A DNA stretch of 32,000 bases from Dickeya solani IPO 2222 (GCF_001644705.1 NZ_CP015137.1:4140001-4172000); one strand, 5' to 3'. Shown: positions 7,254 through 16,206, numbered from the stretch's first letter. The notes: generated from the sequence alone by a model not told the origin. A program made the numbers and translations.

Positions 7254-8594
7254 ATGGCGACACGTTCAACCATCATGGATACCAACAGCTTCCGAGCGGA
7301 ACATGCGGCGGCACTGACAGACGACATCCGCACGCTGACGGAAAAACGCGGCAGGGTGCTGGGCGATTCTTACCGGTTGTTCTACCGTAACCCGGTGCAT
7401 CTGGTGCGCGGCGAGCGGCAATATCTGTGGGACGCGGCAGGCAACCAGTATCTGGACGTGTACAACAACGTCGCCAGCATCGGCCATTGCCACCCGGCGG
7501 TGATTGACGCGGTGCACGCACAGATGTGCCAGCTCAACACCCACACCCGCTACCTGCACGATCGTATTCTTGATTACACCGAAGACCTGCTGACGCTGGT
7601 GCCGAAGGCGATCACCAAAGCGATGTACATGTGCACCGGTTCCGAAGCCAACGATTTGGCGATCCGAGTGGCGCGCGCCTACAGCGGCGGCACCGGGATT
7701 ATCGTCACCCGCGAGGCGTATCACGGCACCAGCGAGCTGACCTCCGGCGCGTCGCCGGCGTTGGGCAGCGGTCAGCCGATTGCCGCGACCACCCGGCTGG
7801 TGCCGGCGCCGGACCGCTACCGCGTGGACGCGCCGGATCTGGGCGTCTGGTTTGCGAATGAAATCCAGAAACAGATTGATGACATGGCCGCTCACGGCAT
7901 CAAGTTCGCCGGTTTCCTCGCCGATTCGATTTTCTCCTCCGACGGCGTGCTGCCGGGGCCGGCCGGCTATCTGCAGGCGGCGATTGATGTGGTGCACGCC
8001 AACGGCGGCATTTTTATCGCCGACGAAGTGCAGCCGGGCTTTGCCCGCACCGGCGACGCCTTCTGGGGCTTTGCCCGCCACGGCATCGTGCCGGACATCA
8101 TCACGATGGGTAAACCGATGGGCAACGGTATCCCGGTATCAGCGCTGCTGGCGAAACCCGATGTGCTGGCGGCGTTCAGCGATGAAATTCCCTATTTCAA
8201 CACCTTCGGCGGCAACCCGGTATCGATGGCGGCCGCGCAGGCGGTGCTGACGGTCATCCGTGAAGAGAAATTGCAGGAACACTGCAAGGTGGTGGGCGCC
8301 CGGCTGTTGAAAGAGCTGGCCGGGCTGGCGGATCGCCATGCCAGCGTCGGCGATGTCCGCGGCGCCGGGCTGTTCATCGGATTCGAACTGGTCAGCGACC
8401 GCGACAGCAAGACGCCGGACAAGGTGCGCGCGCTGAACGTTGTCGAACAACTGCGTGAACAGCGCGTGTTGACGTCGGTAGCCGGCCCGCACGGCAACGT
8501 GCTGAAACTGCGCCCGACGCTGGCGTTCCAGGAACACGATATCGACTGGCTGGTCGGCGCGCTGGACAAGGCGCTGAGCGCCACCGCCTCCTGA
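7254..8594 (+). CDS. Class-III PLP-dependent aminotransferase / phospho-lyase-like enzyme (AGXT2L-like)
   Basis: ATG 7254 lies after GGAG. Motifs: YLDVYNNVASIGHCHP, DEVQPGFARTG and MGKPMGNG (PLP lysine). The ORF-track start 7092 reads through the promoter region and the repeat. Confidence 0.85.
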   Translation: MATRSTIMDTNSFRAEHAAALTDDIRTLTEKRGRVLGDSYRLFYRNPVHLVRGERQYLWDAAGNQYLDVYNNVASIGHCHPAVIDAVHAQMCQLNTHTRYLHDRILDYTEDLLTLVPKAITKAMYMCTGSEANDLAIRVARAYSGGTGIIVTREAYHGTSELTSGASPALGSGQPIAATTRLVPAPDRYRVDAPDLGVWFANEIQKQIDDMAAHGIKFAGFLADSIFSSDGVLPGPAGYLQAAIDVVHANGGIFIADEVQPGFARTGDAFWGFARHGIVPDIITMGKPMGNGIPVSALLAKPDVLAAFSDEIPYFNTFGGNPVSMAAAQAVLTVIREEKLQEHCKVVGARLLKELAGLADRHASVGDVRGAGLFIGFELVSDRDSKTPDKVRALNVVEQLREQRVLTSVAGPHGNVLKLRPTLAFQEHDIDWLVGALDKALSATAS

Positions 8595-8600
8595 TGTTTT

Positions 8601-8630
8601 CGTGCCGGCGCTCGTCGGCACGTTCCTCTT
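8601..8630 (+). terminator. Terminator of the aminotransferase gene
   Basis: CGTGCCG (8601-8607) and CGGCACG (8616-8622), followed by TTCCTCTT. Confidence 0.55.
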
Positions 8631-8815
8631 GCCGTGCGGGGACTGGCTTTATGGTTCGCCAGCCCTTGTGCTGCGTCACACCATCGGCGGGAAATACGCG
8701 ATACCCATTTTTCCGCTGACGGTTTTGTGGCACATTAGCCGCCTTGTCTTGTCACTATCAGCGGGCAGGTCGTCGTCCCTTAAACCGGCATCTGCACAAG
8801 GAATTCGCAATAATA

Positions 8816-11125
8816 ATGAAATGGTTTACTTCACTGGCGCTCGCGGTTGGTCTGGCCTGTAGCCCGCTTTGGGCGCAGACGCCCCTGCAACAGACCGCGC
8901 CGCAGGCGGCTTCCGCCCAGCAACAGCGCGATGCCTTCGTTAACGACTTAATGAAAAAAATGACGCTGGATGAAAAGATCGGGCAGCTCCGTCTGATCAG
9001 CGTCGGCCCGGATAACCCGAAACAGGCCATCCGCGACATGATCCGCAACGGTCAGGTCGGCGGGATTTTCAATACCGTCACCCGGCAGGACATTCGGGTG
9101 ATGCAAGATCAGGTAATGCAACTTAGCCGCCTGAAAATTCCGCTGTTTTTCGCTTATGACGTGGTGCATGGCCAGCGTACCGTATTCCCGATCGGCCTGG
9201 GGCTGGCGTCCAGCTGGGACATGAGCGCCGTGGAACTGTCGGCGAAAATCGCCGCCTATGAAGCCACCGAAGATGGCCTGAACATGACCTGGGCGCCGAT
9301 GGTCGACATCACCCGCGATCCGCGCTGGGGGCGTGTCTCCGAAGGTTTTGGCGAAGACACCTATCTGACCAGCGAAATCGCCCGTGTGATGGTGAAAGGT
9401 TTTCAGGGCGACGACCTGACCGGCCGCCATTCGCTGATGACCAGCGTGAAACACTATGCGCTGTATGGTGCGGCGGAAGGCGGGCGTGACTACAACACCG
9501 TCGATATGAGCCCGCAGCGCATGTTCCAGGATTACATGCCGCCGTACAAAGCGGCGATTGACGCGGGCAGCTACGGCGTGATGGCGTCGCTCAACTCCAT
9601 CAACGGCGTGCCGGCTACCGCCAACCGCTGGTTGCTGAAAGACGTATTGCGCGACCAGTGGCATTTCAAAGGCATCACCATCAGCGATCACGGCGCCATT
9701 AAAGAGCTGATCAAGCACGGCGTGGCGGCGGACCCGAGCGATGCGTCGCGCATTGCGGTGCAGTCTGGTATCGGCATGAGCATGAGCGACGAGTATTTCG
9801 TGCGTTACCTGCCGGATCTGGTCAAGCGCGGGCTGGTCAGCATGAAGGACATCGACGACGCCTGCCGCCAGGTGCTGAACATGAAATACGATATGGGGCT
9901 GTTCCAGGACCCGTACAACCATCTCGGCCCGGTCGGTTCCGACCCGGTGGATACCAATGCTGAAAGCCGTCTGCACCGCGAGGACGCGCGTGACGTGGCG
10001 CGCCGTAGTCTGGTGTTGCTGAAAAACCGTCTTGATGTCCTGCCGCTGAAAAAATCCGGCACCATTGCGGTGGTAGGGCCGCTGGCCGACAGCAAGCGCG
10101 ACATTATCGGCAGTTGGTCCGCCGCGGGTCGACAGGCGCAGGCGGTGACGGTATACGAAGGGATCCGCAAGGCGGTGGGGTATAACGCCCGCGTTTATTA
10201 CGCCAAAGGCTCCAACGTCACCAACCATCCGGGGCTGGTCCAGTTCCTGAACCAGTATGACCAGTCGGTGCAAATCGATCCGCGCACGCCGCAGGCGATG
10301 ATTGACGAGGCGGTGGAAGCAGCGAAGAAATCCGACGTGGTGATCGCGGTGGTGGGCGAGTCTCAGGGAATGGCGCACGAAGCGTCCAGTCGCGCCAAAA
10401 TCACCATTCCGCCGGAGCAGAAAGCGCTGATTTCCGCGCTGAAAGCCACCGGCAAGCCGCTGGTGCTGGTGCTGATGAATGGCCGTCCGCTGGACCTGAG
10501 CCGTGAAGATCAGCAGGCGAACGCGATACTGGAAACCTGGTTCAGCGGTACCGAAGGGGGCAACGCCATCGCCGACGTGCTGTTTGGCGATTACAACCCG
10601 TCCGGTAAGTTGCCGATGACTTTCCCGCGCTCGGTGGGGCAGATCCCGATGTACTACAATCAACTGCCGACCGGACGTCCGTATTCGGCACAAGCGCCCA
10701 ACAAGTACACCTCGCACTATTTTGACGAGGCCAACGGGCCGCTGTATCCGTTCGGTTACGGTCTGAGTTACACCACCTTTGACGTGTCGGACGTGAAACT
10801 CTCCAGCCCGACCATGAAGCGTAACGGCAGCGTCAAGGCGTCGGTCACGGTCACCAATACCGGCAAGCGCGCCGGGGAAACCGTCGTGCAGCTTTATCTG
10901 CATGATGTGGTGGCGTCGATCAGCCGCCCGGTGAAAGAGCTGCGCGGCTTCCAGAAGGTGATGCTGCAGCCGGGTGAAAGCCGTACCCTGACGTTCACCC
11001 TGTCGCCGCAGGATCTGATGTTCTACAACGCGCAGATGCAGCAGGTGGCGGAGCCGGGCAAGTTTGAGGTGATGATCGGGCTGGATTCTCAGCGCGTGAA
11101 AACCGGCAGCTTTACGTTGCTGTAA
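8816..11125 (+). CDS. bglX: Periplasmic beta-glucosidase BglX (GH3)
   Basis: ATG 8816 gives MKWFTSLALAVGLACSPLWAQ (signal peptide). Colinear with E. coli BglX throughout (KIGQLRLISVGPDNPK..., SDHGAIKELIKHG, FGYGLSYTTF). Confidence 0.95.
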   Translation: MKWFTSLALAVGLACSPLWAQTPLQQTAPQAASAQQQRDAFVNDLMKKMTLDEKIGQLRLISVGPDNPKQAIRDMIRNGQVGGIFNTVTRQDIRVMQDQVMQLSRLKIPLFFAYDVVHGQRTVFPIGLGLASSWDMSAVELSAKIAAYEATEDGLNMTWAPMVDITRDPRWGRVSEGFGEDTYLTSEIARVMVKGFQGDDLTGRHSLMTSVKHYALYGAAEGGRDYNTVDMSPQRMFQDYMPPYKAAIDAGSYGVMASLNSINGVPATANRWLLKDVLRDQWHFKGITISDHGAIKELIKHGVAADPSDASRIAVQSGIGMSMSDEYFVRYLPDLVKRGLVSMKDIDDACRQVLNMKYDMGLFQDPYNHLGPVGSDPVDTNAESRLHREDARDVARRSLVLLKNRLDVLPLKKSGTIAVVGPLADSKRDIIGSWSAAGRQAQAVTVYEGIRKAVGYNARVYYAKGSNVTNHPGLVQFLNQYDQSVQIDPRTPQAMIDEAVEAAKKSDVVIAVVGESQGMAHEASSRAKITIPPEQKALISALKATGKPLVLVLMNGRPLDLSREDQQANAILETWFSGTEGGNAIADVLFGDYNPSGKLPMTFPRSVGQIPMYYNQLPTGRPYSAQAPNKYTSHYFDEANGPLYPFGYGLSYTTFDVSDVKLSSPTMKRNGSVKASVTVTNTGKRAGETVVQLYLHDVVASISRPVKELRGFQKVMLQPGESRTLTFTLSPQDLMFYNAQMQQVAEPGKFEVMIGLDSQRVKTGSFTLL

Positions 11126-11163
11126 GCGCCTGTTGCTGTGACTCGTTGCTGTAGATAAACAAC

Positions 11164-11189
11164 GGCCCCTGTGATGATTCTCAGGGGCC
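11164..11189. terminator. Hairpin shared by convergent bglX and yohO
   Basis: GGCCCCTG and CAGGGGCC with a 10-nt loop. On the minus strand it is followed by GTTGTTTATCT. There is no T-run on the plus strand. Confidence 0.45.
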
Positions 11190-11244
11190 GGACAGGAAGG
11201 ACCGGCTGCGCCGCGACGGGCGGTCGGACCTGACCGGTTTGGCG

Positions 11245-11352
11245 TCAGCCGCCGTGCACGATAATGATATACCCCACCAGCATCACGCCGCCGATACCGC
11301 CCAGAGCGCAGAGCGCAAACAGGCTGACGATTCCCAGTTTCTTGATATCCAT
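11245..11352 (-). CDS. yohO: 35-aa small inner-membrane protein (UPF0387 / YohO-like)
   Basis: Not in the ORF track. ATG 11352 lies 7 nt after AAGGGA. Product: MDIKKLGIVSLFALCALGGIGGVMLVGYIIIVHGG. The ALGGIGGVML.GY core matches my recollection of E. coli YohO (35 aa), which also maps near bglX. Confidence 0.6.
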   Translation of the reverse strand: MDIKKLGIVSLFALCALGGIGGVMLVGYIIIVHGG

Positions 11353-11588
11353 TCGGTTATCCCTTTGTTATGTCCCGGCCAGTAAATGGTTACATTCCGG
11401 TGATGATGACGTTCCGGCGATTATAGAGCCTCCTGCACCGGATACAAGCCAACTGCATTTGTCTGCATTACTCCGTCAATGCTTAGATGGATGTGACAAC
11501 GTCACAATTGTGGTTGCTGACTATGATTACTGACGTTGCCGCCGGTCTGTGGGACAATACCGGCCAGATTAAACCACAGTGAGACGGC

Positions 11589-13694
11589 ATGACCCTTACC
11601 CCCGCGTTGAAGCAGCAGATTGGCGAATGGTATAAAGCACTGCAACAGCAGATTCCCGATTTTATCTCCCGTGCGCCGCAGCGCCAGATGATCGCCGAAG
11701 TGGCGAAAGCGCTGGCGGGCGACTATAAACGTCATCTGGTGATCGAAGCGCCGACCGGCGTGGGTAAAACGCTTTCCTACCTGATTCCCGGCATTGCCGT
11801 CGGACGCGCGGAGCTGAAAACGCTGGTGGTCAGCACCGCGAACGTGGCGTTGCAGGATCAGATCTTCAACAAGGATTTGCCGCTGCTGCGCCAGTTTATT
11901 CCTGAACTGAAATTCACCGCGGCGTTCGGCCGCGGGCGCTATGTTTGCCCGCGTAATCTGGCGGCGATGGCGACCGAGGCGTCGGCGCAGGGCGATCTGA
12001 TGCTGTTTATGGATGAGCACTTGCCATCCAGCCGCGAGGAGCAAACCACCAGCGCCCGGCTGCAACTGGCGCTGCAAAGCTATGCCTGGGACGGCTTGCG
12101 CGACCATTGTCAGGAGTCGATCGGCGACGCGCTGTGGCAGCGCCTGAGTACCGACAAGGCCAACTGCCTGGGGCGTAACTGTCATTATTACCGCGAATGC
12201 CCGTTCTTTCTCGCTCGCCGGGAAATCGAAGACGCTGATGTGGTGGTGACCAACCACGCGCTGGTGATGGCGGCGATGGAAAGCGACTCGGTACTGCCGC
12301 AGGCGAAAAATATGCTGCTGGTGCTGGACGAAGGCCATCACGTGCCGGATGTGGCGCGCGACGCGCTGGAGATGTCCGGCGAGGTGACGGTCAGCGCGGT
12401 GCAACACCAGATGGATCAGCTGATTCAGCAGGTGGGGCTGTGTCTGGCGCAGTTTCCGCCCAAATCGCCGCCGCGGCTGATGCAGCCCGACAGGCTGGGC
12501 GATCACTGCGGTGAGATACGGGAACAGTTGCAGCTGTTCGAACGGCTGAGCAGCCTGTTTTTGCCGGCGGCCCAGCCGGACGCCGATTACCGTTTCCCGA
12601 TGGGGGAACTGCCGGAAGAGATGCGCGAGTGCTGCAATCGGCTGTTTAAGCTTGCCGATAGCCTGCGCGGGATGGCGGAATACCTGCTCAACGATTTGGC
12701 GGAAAAAACCGGCAAGCATGATGTGGTCAAGCTGCATCAGGCGATGCTGCGCATCAGCCGTCTGAGTAGTTACTGGGAAGCGCAGGGCAAGTTATGGCGG
12801 CTGGCGGCGCTGGAGAAATCCTCTAACGCGCCGGTGTCGAAATGGCTGCTGCGGGAGCGGCGCGACAATCAACTGCATCTGTATTTTCACTGCGCCGGCA
12901 TCCGCGTGTGCGACCAACTGGACCGGTTGCTGTGGCGCAACTTGTCGCACGTGGTGGTCACCTCGGCGACGCTGCGCTCGCTCAACAGTTTCTCCCGTTT
13001 GAAAGAGCTGTCCGGGCTGGATGAAGACGCGGGCGATACCTTTATCGCACTGGATTCGCCGTTCAATCACCGCGAACAGGGTAAACTGGTGATCCCGCGC
13101 ATGCGCCATGAACCGCTGATCGCGCACGAAGCTGAACATCTCGCCGAGATGGCGCGGTTTTTCCGCGCCGAACTGCGGCGGGAAGTCCATAAGGGTATGC
13201 TGATGCTGTTCGCCAGCCAGCGGGCGATGCAGCAGTTTCTGACCGAGGTGCCCGACCTGCGGCTGATGCTGCTGGTGCAGGGCGATCAGCCGCGCTACCG
13301 GTTGGTGGAGCTACACCGCCAGCGGGTACAACAGGGCCAGACCAGCGTGCTGATTGGCCTGCAATCCTTTTCCGAAGGGCTGGATCTCAAGGGTGAACTG
13401 CTATCGCAGGTGCATATCCACAAGATTGCCTTTCCGCCGGTGGACAGCCCGGTGATCCTCACCGAGGGCGAATGGCTGAAAAGCCTCAAGCGTCACCCGT
13501 TTGTGGTGCAGAGTTTGCCAAGCGCCTCATTCAGCCTGATTCAGCAGGTCGGCCGATTGATCCGTAGTCACGACTGCTTTGGTGAGATCGTCATCTACGA
13601 CCGTCGTTTACTGACCAAAGGCTACGGCGCCCAGTTGCTGGCCGCCTTGCCGGTGTTTCCCATCGAACAGCGAGCCATGCCGGATGATGAGTAG
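11589..13694 (+). CDS. dinG: ATP-dependent DNA helicase DinG
   Basis: Colinear with E. coli DinG (APTGVGKTLSYL, Fe-S Cys cluster region CPRN/CLGRNCHYYRECPFF, DEGHH, SATL, QQVGRLIRS). Confidence 0.96.
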   Translation: MTLTPALKQQIGEWYKALQQQIPDFISRAPQRQMIAEVAKALAGDYKRHLVIEAPTGVGKTLSYLIPGIAVGRAELKTLVVSTANVALQDQIFNKDLPLLRQFIPELKFTAAFGRGRYVCPRNLAAMATEASAQGDLMLFMDEHLPSSREEQTTSARLQLALQSYAWDGLRDHCQESIGDALWQRLSTDKANCLGRNCHYYRECPFFLARREIEDADVVVTNHALVMAAMESDSVLPQAKNMLLVLDEGHHVPDVARDALEMSGEVTVSAVQHQMDQLIQQVGLCLAQFPPKSPPRLMQPDRLGDHCGEIREQLQLFERLSSLFLPAAQPDADYRFPMGELPEEMRECCNRLFKLADSLRGMAEYLLNDLAEKTGKHDVVKLHQAMLRISRLSSYWEAQGKLWRLAALEKSSNAPVSKWLLRERRDNQLHLYFHCAGIRVCDQLDRLLWRNLSHVVVTSATLRSLNSFSRLKELSGLDEDAGDTFIALDSPFNHREQGKLVIPRMRHEPLIAHEAEHLAEMARFFRAELRREVHKGMLMLFASQRAMQQFLTEVPDLRLMLLVQGDQPRYRLVELHRQRVQQGQTSVLIGLQSFSEGLDLKGELLSQVHIHKIAFPPVDSPVILTEGEWLKSLKRHPFVVQSLPSASFSLIQQVGRLIRSHDCFGEIVIYDRRLLTKGYGAQLLAALPVFPIEQRAMPDDE

Positions 13695-13718
13695 CTTGCT
13701 GTTATTCATGCGTTTTTT

Positions 13719-13747
13719 CTGACAAGCGATCAGTAAATCCCTATCAT
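13719..13747 (+). promoter_or_regulatory. Sigma70-like promoter for the exported TPR protein gene
   Basis: CTGACA (13719-13724), a 17-nt spacer, then TATCAT (13742-13747). It sits about 115 nt upstream of ATG 13863 and just after the dinG stop. Confidence 0.4.
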
Positions 13748-13862
13748 ATCGTCGCCGTGGCCTGTTGGCCGCGGTGTGACAGACTGTGTCTGAACGTCGC
13801 ATCGCGGCTAACGGTGCGTATGTAAGGCAGCCTGACGTTTGATGATTCGATAAGGATGTGTG

Positions 13863-15029
13863 ATGAATAAAAAAATCATGGCGCTCGGCGCACTGCTGTT
13901 CCTGTCGCAGGCTTCGGCCGCGCTGGTCAGTATTGAAGTGCTTGACGCCACCATTAAAGATAAAAAAATCGCCGAGGCCGATGTGTTGCTACAGCGTGAC
14001 GGCGCACAAACGGCGGTAGGGCGCACCAATACTCTGGGGCAGGTGCAGTTGTCGCCGGCGTTTAGCGCTGATGAGAATGCCTTGCTGATTATCAAAAAGC
14101 CGGGGTTTTCCAACCTGGTGGTCAAGTGCCCGTGCGACGGCCTGACCTACGCCATCAGCCCGGTGATGAAGAATCTGGACGGGATGCGTATCGTGCTGAC
14201 CTGGGGCGCGACACCGGCCGACCTTGACTCGCATCTGGTCTATGGCAACAGCCATATCTATTTCGACAATCAAAAGGGTCCGGACGCCAACCTGGATGTG
14301 GATGACGTCGACAGCTATGGCCCGGAAACCATCACCATCGAGAAGAAGCGTTTCGGCGAAAGCTACCTGTACGCGGTACACGACTACACGCACATTCATG
14401 AGCCGGATCAGGCCGCGCTCTCGAACAGTCAGGCGAAAGTGTTCGTCTACGTCGGGCAGTCGCTGGTCAGAACCTATAGTGTGCCGCGCAATCAGGTCGG
14501 CAACCTGTGGACGGTATTCCGCCTGAACCCGAACGGTGATTTTGAGGATATCAACACCATCAAACAGACCGGCTATCAGGACCCCAATAACGTTGCCGCC
14601 GGGGTCAGCGGGCAACTGTCCGGCCGGGCCGCGACCGGTGTGGTCAACGTCAATCAGGCGGCGGCGAAAGCGCTGAACCGTCAGGGTGAAGACGCCTACC
14701 GCCGTGGCGATCTGGAAAGCGCGATTGCGTTTTACCAGCAGGCCATTGAGCAGGATGCGGTGTTCAGCCAGGCATACAGTAATCTGGGGCTGGCTTACCA
14801 GAAACTGGACCGCATCGCCGAAGCCATTTGGGCAAACCGTAAGGCGATCGCGCTGGCGGACGGGCCGAACGCGGCAACGGTGCGCGCCAGCTCCTACTAT
14901 AACATCGCCAGAATCTATGAAGCGGCCGGGCAACTGGACGACGCCCTGCGTCATTATCAGCTGGCCAAGGCGCAGAAAGACAGCGCCACCTACGATCAGG
15001 CCATCAGCCGTATCAAAAGTAAGCTGTAA
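13863..15029 (+). CDS. Exported protein: beta-sandwich (CarboxypepD_reg-like) + YfaP/DUF2135-like domain + C-terminal TPR repeats
   Basis: ATG 13863 lies 6 nt after AAGGA. The signal peptide ends in SQASA. The central LTWGATPADLDSHL...LDVDDVDSYGPETITI...YLYAVHDY pattern resembles YfaP-type domains. Residues ~265-388 are TPR-like (AYSNLGLAYQKLDRIAEAI..., YYNIARIYEAAGQLDDAL). Confidence 0.75.
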   Translation: MNKKIMALGALLFLSQASAALVSIEVLDATIKDKKIAEADVLLQRDGAQTAVGRTNTLGQVQLSPAFSADENALLIIKKPGFSNLVVKCPCDGLTYAISPVMKNLDGMRIVLTWGATPADLDSHLVYGNSHIYFDNQKGPDANLDVDDVDSYGPETITIEKKRFGESYLYAVHDYTHIHEPDQAALSNSQAKVFVYVGQSLVRTYSVPRNQVGNLWTVFRLNPNGDFEDINTIKQTGYQDPNNVAAGVSGQLSGRAATGVVNVNQAAAKALNRQGEDAYRRGDLESAIAFYQQAIEQDAVFSQAYSNLGLAYQKLDRIAEAIWANRKAIALADGPNAATVRASSYYNIARIYEAAGQLDDALRHYQLAKAQKDSATYDQAISRIKSKL

Positions 15030-15203
15030 CGACTGACTGTGTTTCCTTGCCGCTCCGGCGCCGGGGCGGCAACGGCGATTTCGCGCTTCCCCTGTGACAA
15101 AATCATGCTATGTTTCCAGACAGTTGTCCTGCTATGACCGGCGCCATCGGCTCGCCCGGTCTGGGACAAGCGTCTACCGTCGCCTTACCAATGAGAGCAC
15201 ATC

Positions 15204-16172
15204 ATGGATTACACCCGAATCATTAAAGAGGTTGGCCGCGGCAAAAATCATGCGCGCGATCTGGATCAGGACACGGCTTATCAGCTGTATGGCCAGATAC
15301 TGAATGATCAGGTGCCCGAGCTGGAGCTGGGCGGGCTGTTGATCGCATTTCGCATCAAGGGTGAATCCGAAGCCGAAATGCGCGGTTTCTATCAGGCGAT
15401 GAGCGAACAGACGCTGCGTCTGTCCGCGCCGACCGACGGCCCGATGCCGGTGGTGATCCCCAGCTATAACGGCGCCCGCAAACAGGCCAACCTGACGCCA
15501 TTGCTGGCGCTGCTGCTGCACCGGCTGGGGCTGCCGGTGGTGGTGCACGGCGTGAGCCACGACCCGACCCGCGTGACCAGCGAGGCGATTTTCCGGGAGC
15601 TGGGCATCGCGCCGGTGAGCGACGCGCAGTCGGCGCAGCAGCGTCTCGATCAGGGCGAACCGGTATTTATGCCGGTGTCGCTGCTCTGTCCCGCTATCGA
15701 GCGTCAGTTGGATCTGCGCTGGCGTATGGGGGTGCGCAACAGCGCTCATACGCTGGCCAAACTGGCCACGCCGTTTGATGAGTCGGCGGCGCTGCGGCTG
15801 GCGAGCGTGTCGCACCCGGAGTATGTCGACCGTGTCGGCACATTCTTTCAGGACATCAACGGCCGCGCGCTGCTGATGCACGGCACCGAAGGTGAGGTCT
15901 ACGCTAACCCGCAGCGCTGCCCGGAAATTCATTTCATCCGTGAACAACAGCGGGATATCCTGCAGTGGCGTCAGGATATCGTGGTAGACAGCGCGGCGCT
16001 GCCTTCGGCGAAGGATGCCGCCGCCACCGCCCGCTGGACGGAGGCCTGCCTGGCGGGCGAACAACTGATACCGCAGGCGATTCGCCTGCAACTGGCGTGC
16101 TGTCTGGTTGGCAGCGGCGAGGCGGCTTCGATGGAGCAGGCGGTCTCGACGATACAAAAACGACTGGGTTGA
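15204..16172 (+). CDS. ybiB: TrpD2-family nucleic-acid-binding protein YbiB
   Basis: MDYTRIIKEVGRGKNHARDLD..., colinear with E. coli YbiB (IPSYNGARKQANLTPLLA, RMGVRNSAHTLAKLATPF, LMHGTEGEVYANPQRCP). Confidence 0.93.
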   Translation: MDYTRIIKEVGRGKNHARDLDQDTAYQLYGQILNDQVPELELGGLLIAFRIKGESEAEMRGFYQAMSEQTLRLSAPTDGPMPVVIPSYNGARKQANLTPLLALLLHRLGLPVVVHGVSHDPTRVTSEAIFRELGIAPVSDAQSAQQRLDQGEPVFMPVSLLCPAIERQLDLRWRMGVRNSAHTLAKLATPFDESAALRLASVSHPEYVDRVGTFFQDINGRALLMHGTEGEVYANPQRCPEIHFIREQQRDILQWRQDIVVDSAALPSAKDAAATARWTEACLAGEQLIPQAIRLQLACCLVGSGEAASMEQAVSTIQKRLG

Positions 16173-16206
16173 TCGTAACGATTAACGATAAATAAGGAAC
16201 AACCAC

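Noticed and set aside
8948-10903. Very long antisense ORFs opposite known genes: 651 aa opposite bglX, 985-1962 opposite dusC, 4449-5330 opposite pbpG, 11502-12737 opposite dinG, 15174-16157 opposite ybiB, 18260-19579 opposite PAP2-1, 24650-25423 opposite glnH, 25825-26511 opposite dps, and 31183-31827 opposite lysR/pxpA
   Set aside because: Each one mirrors a gene whose sense frame is colinear with a well-known protein. Their products are Arg/Gly/His/Gln-rich with no recognisable motifs and no SD. This is the usual stop-codon depletion on the antisense strand of GC3-rich genes.
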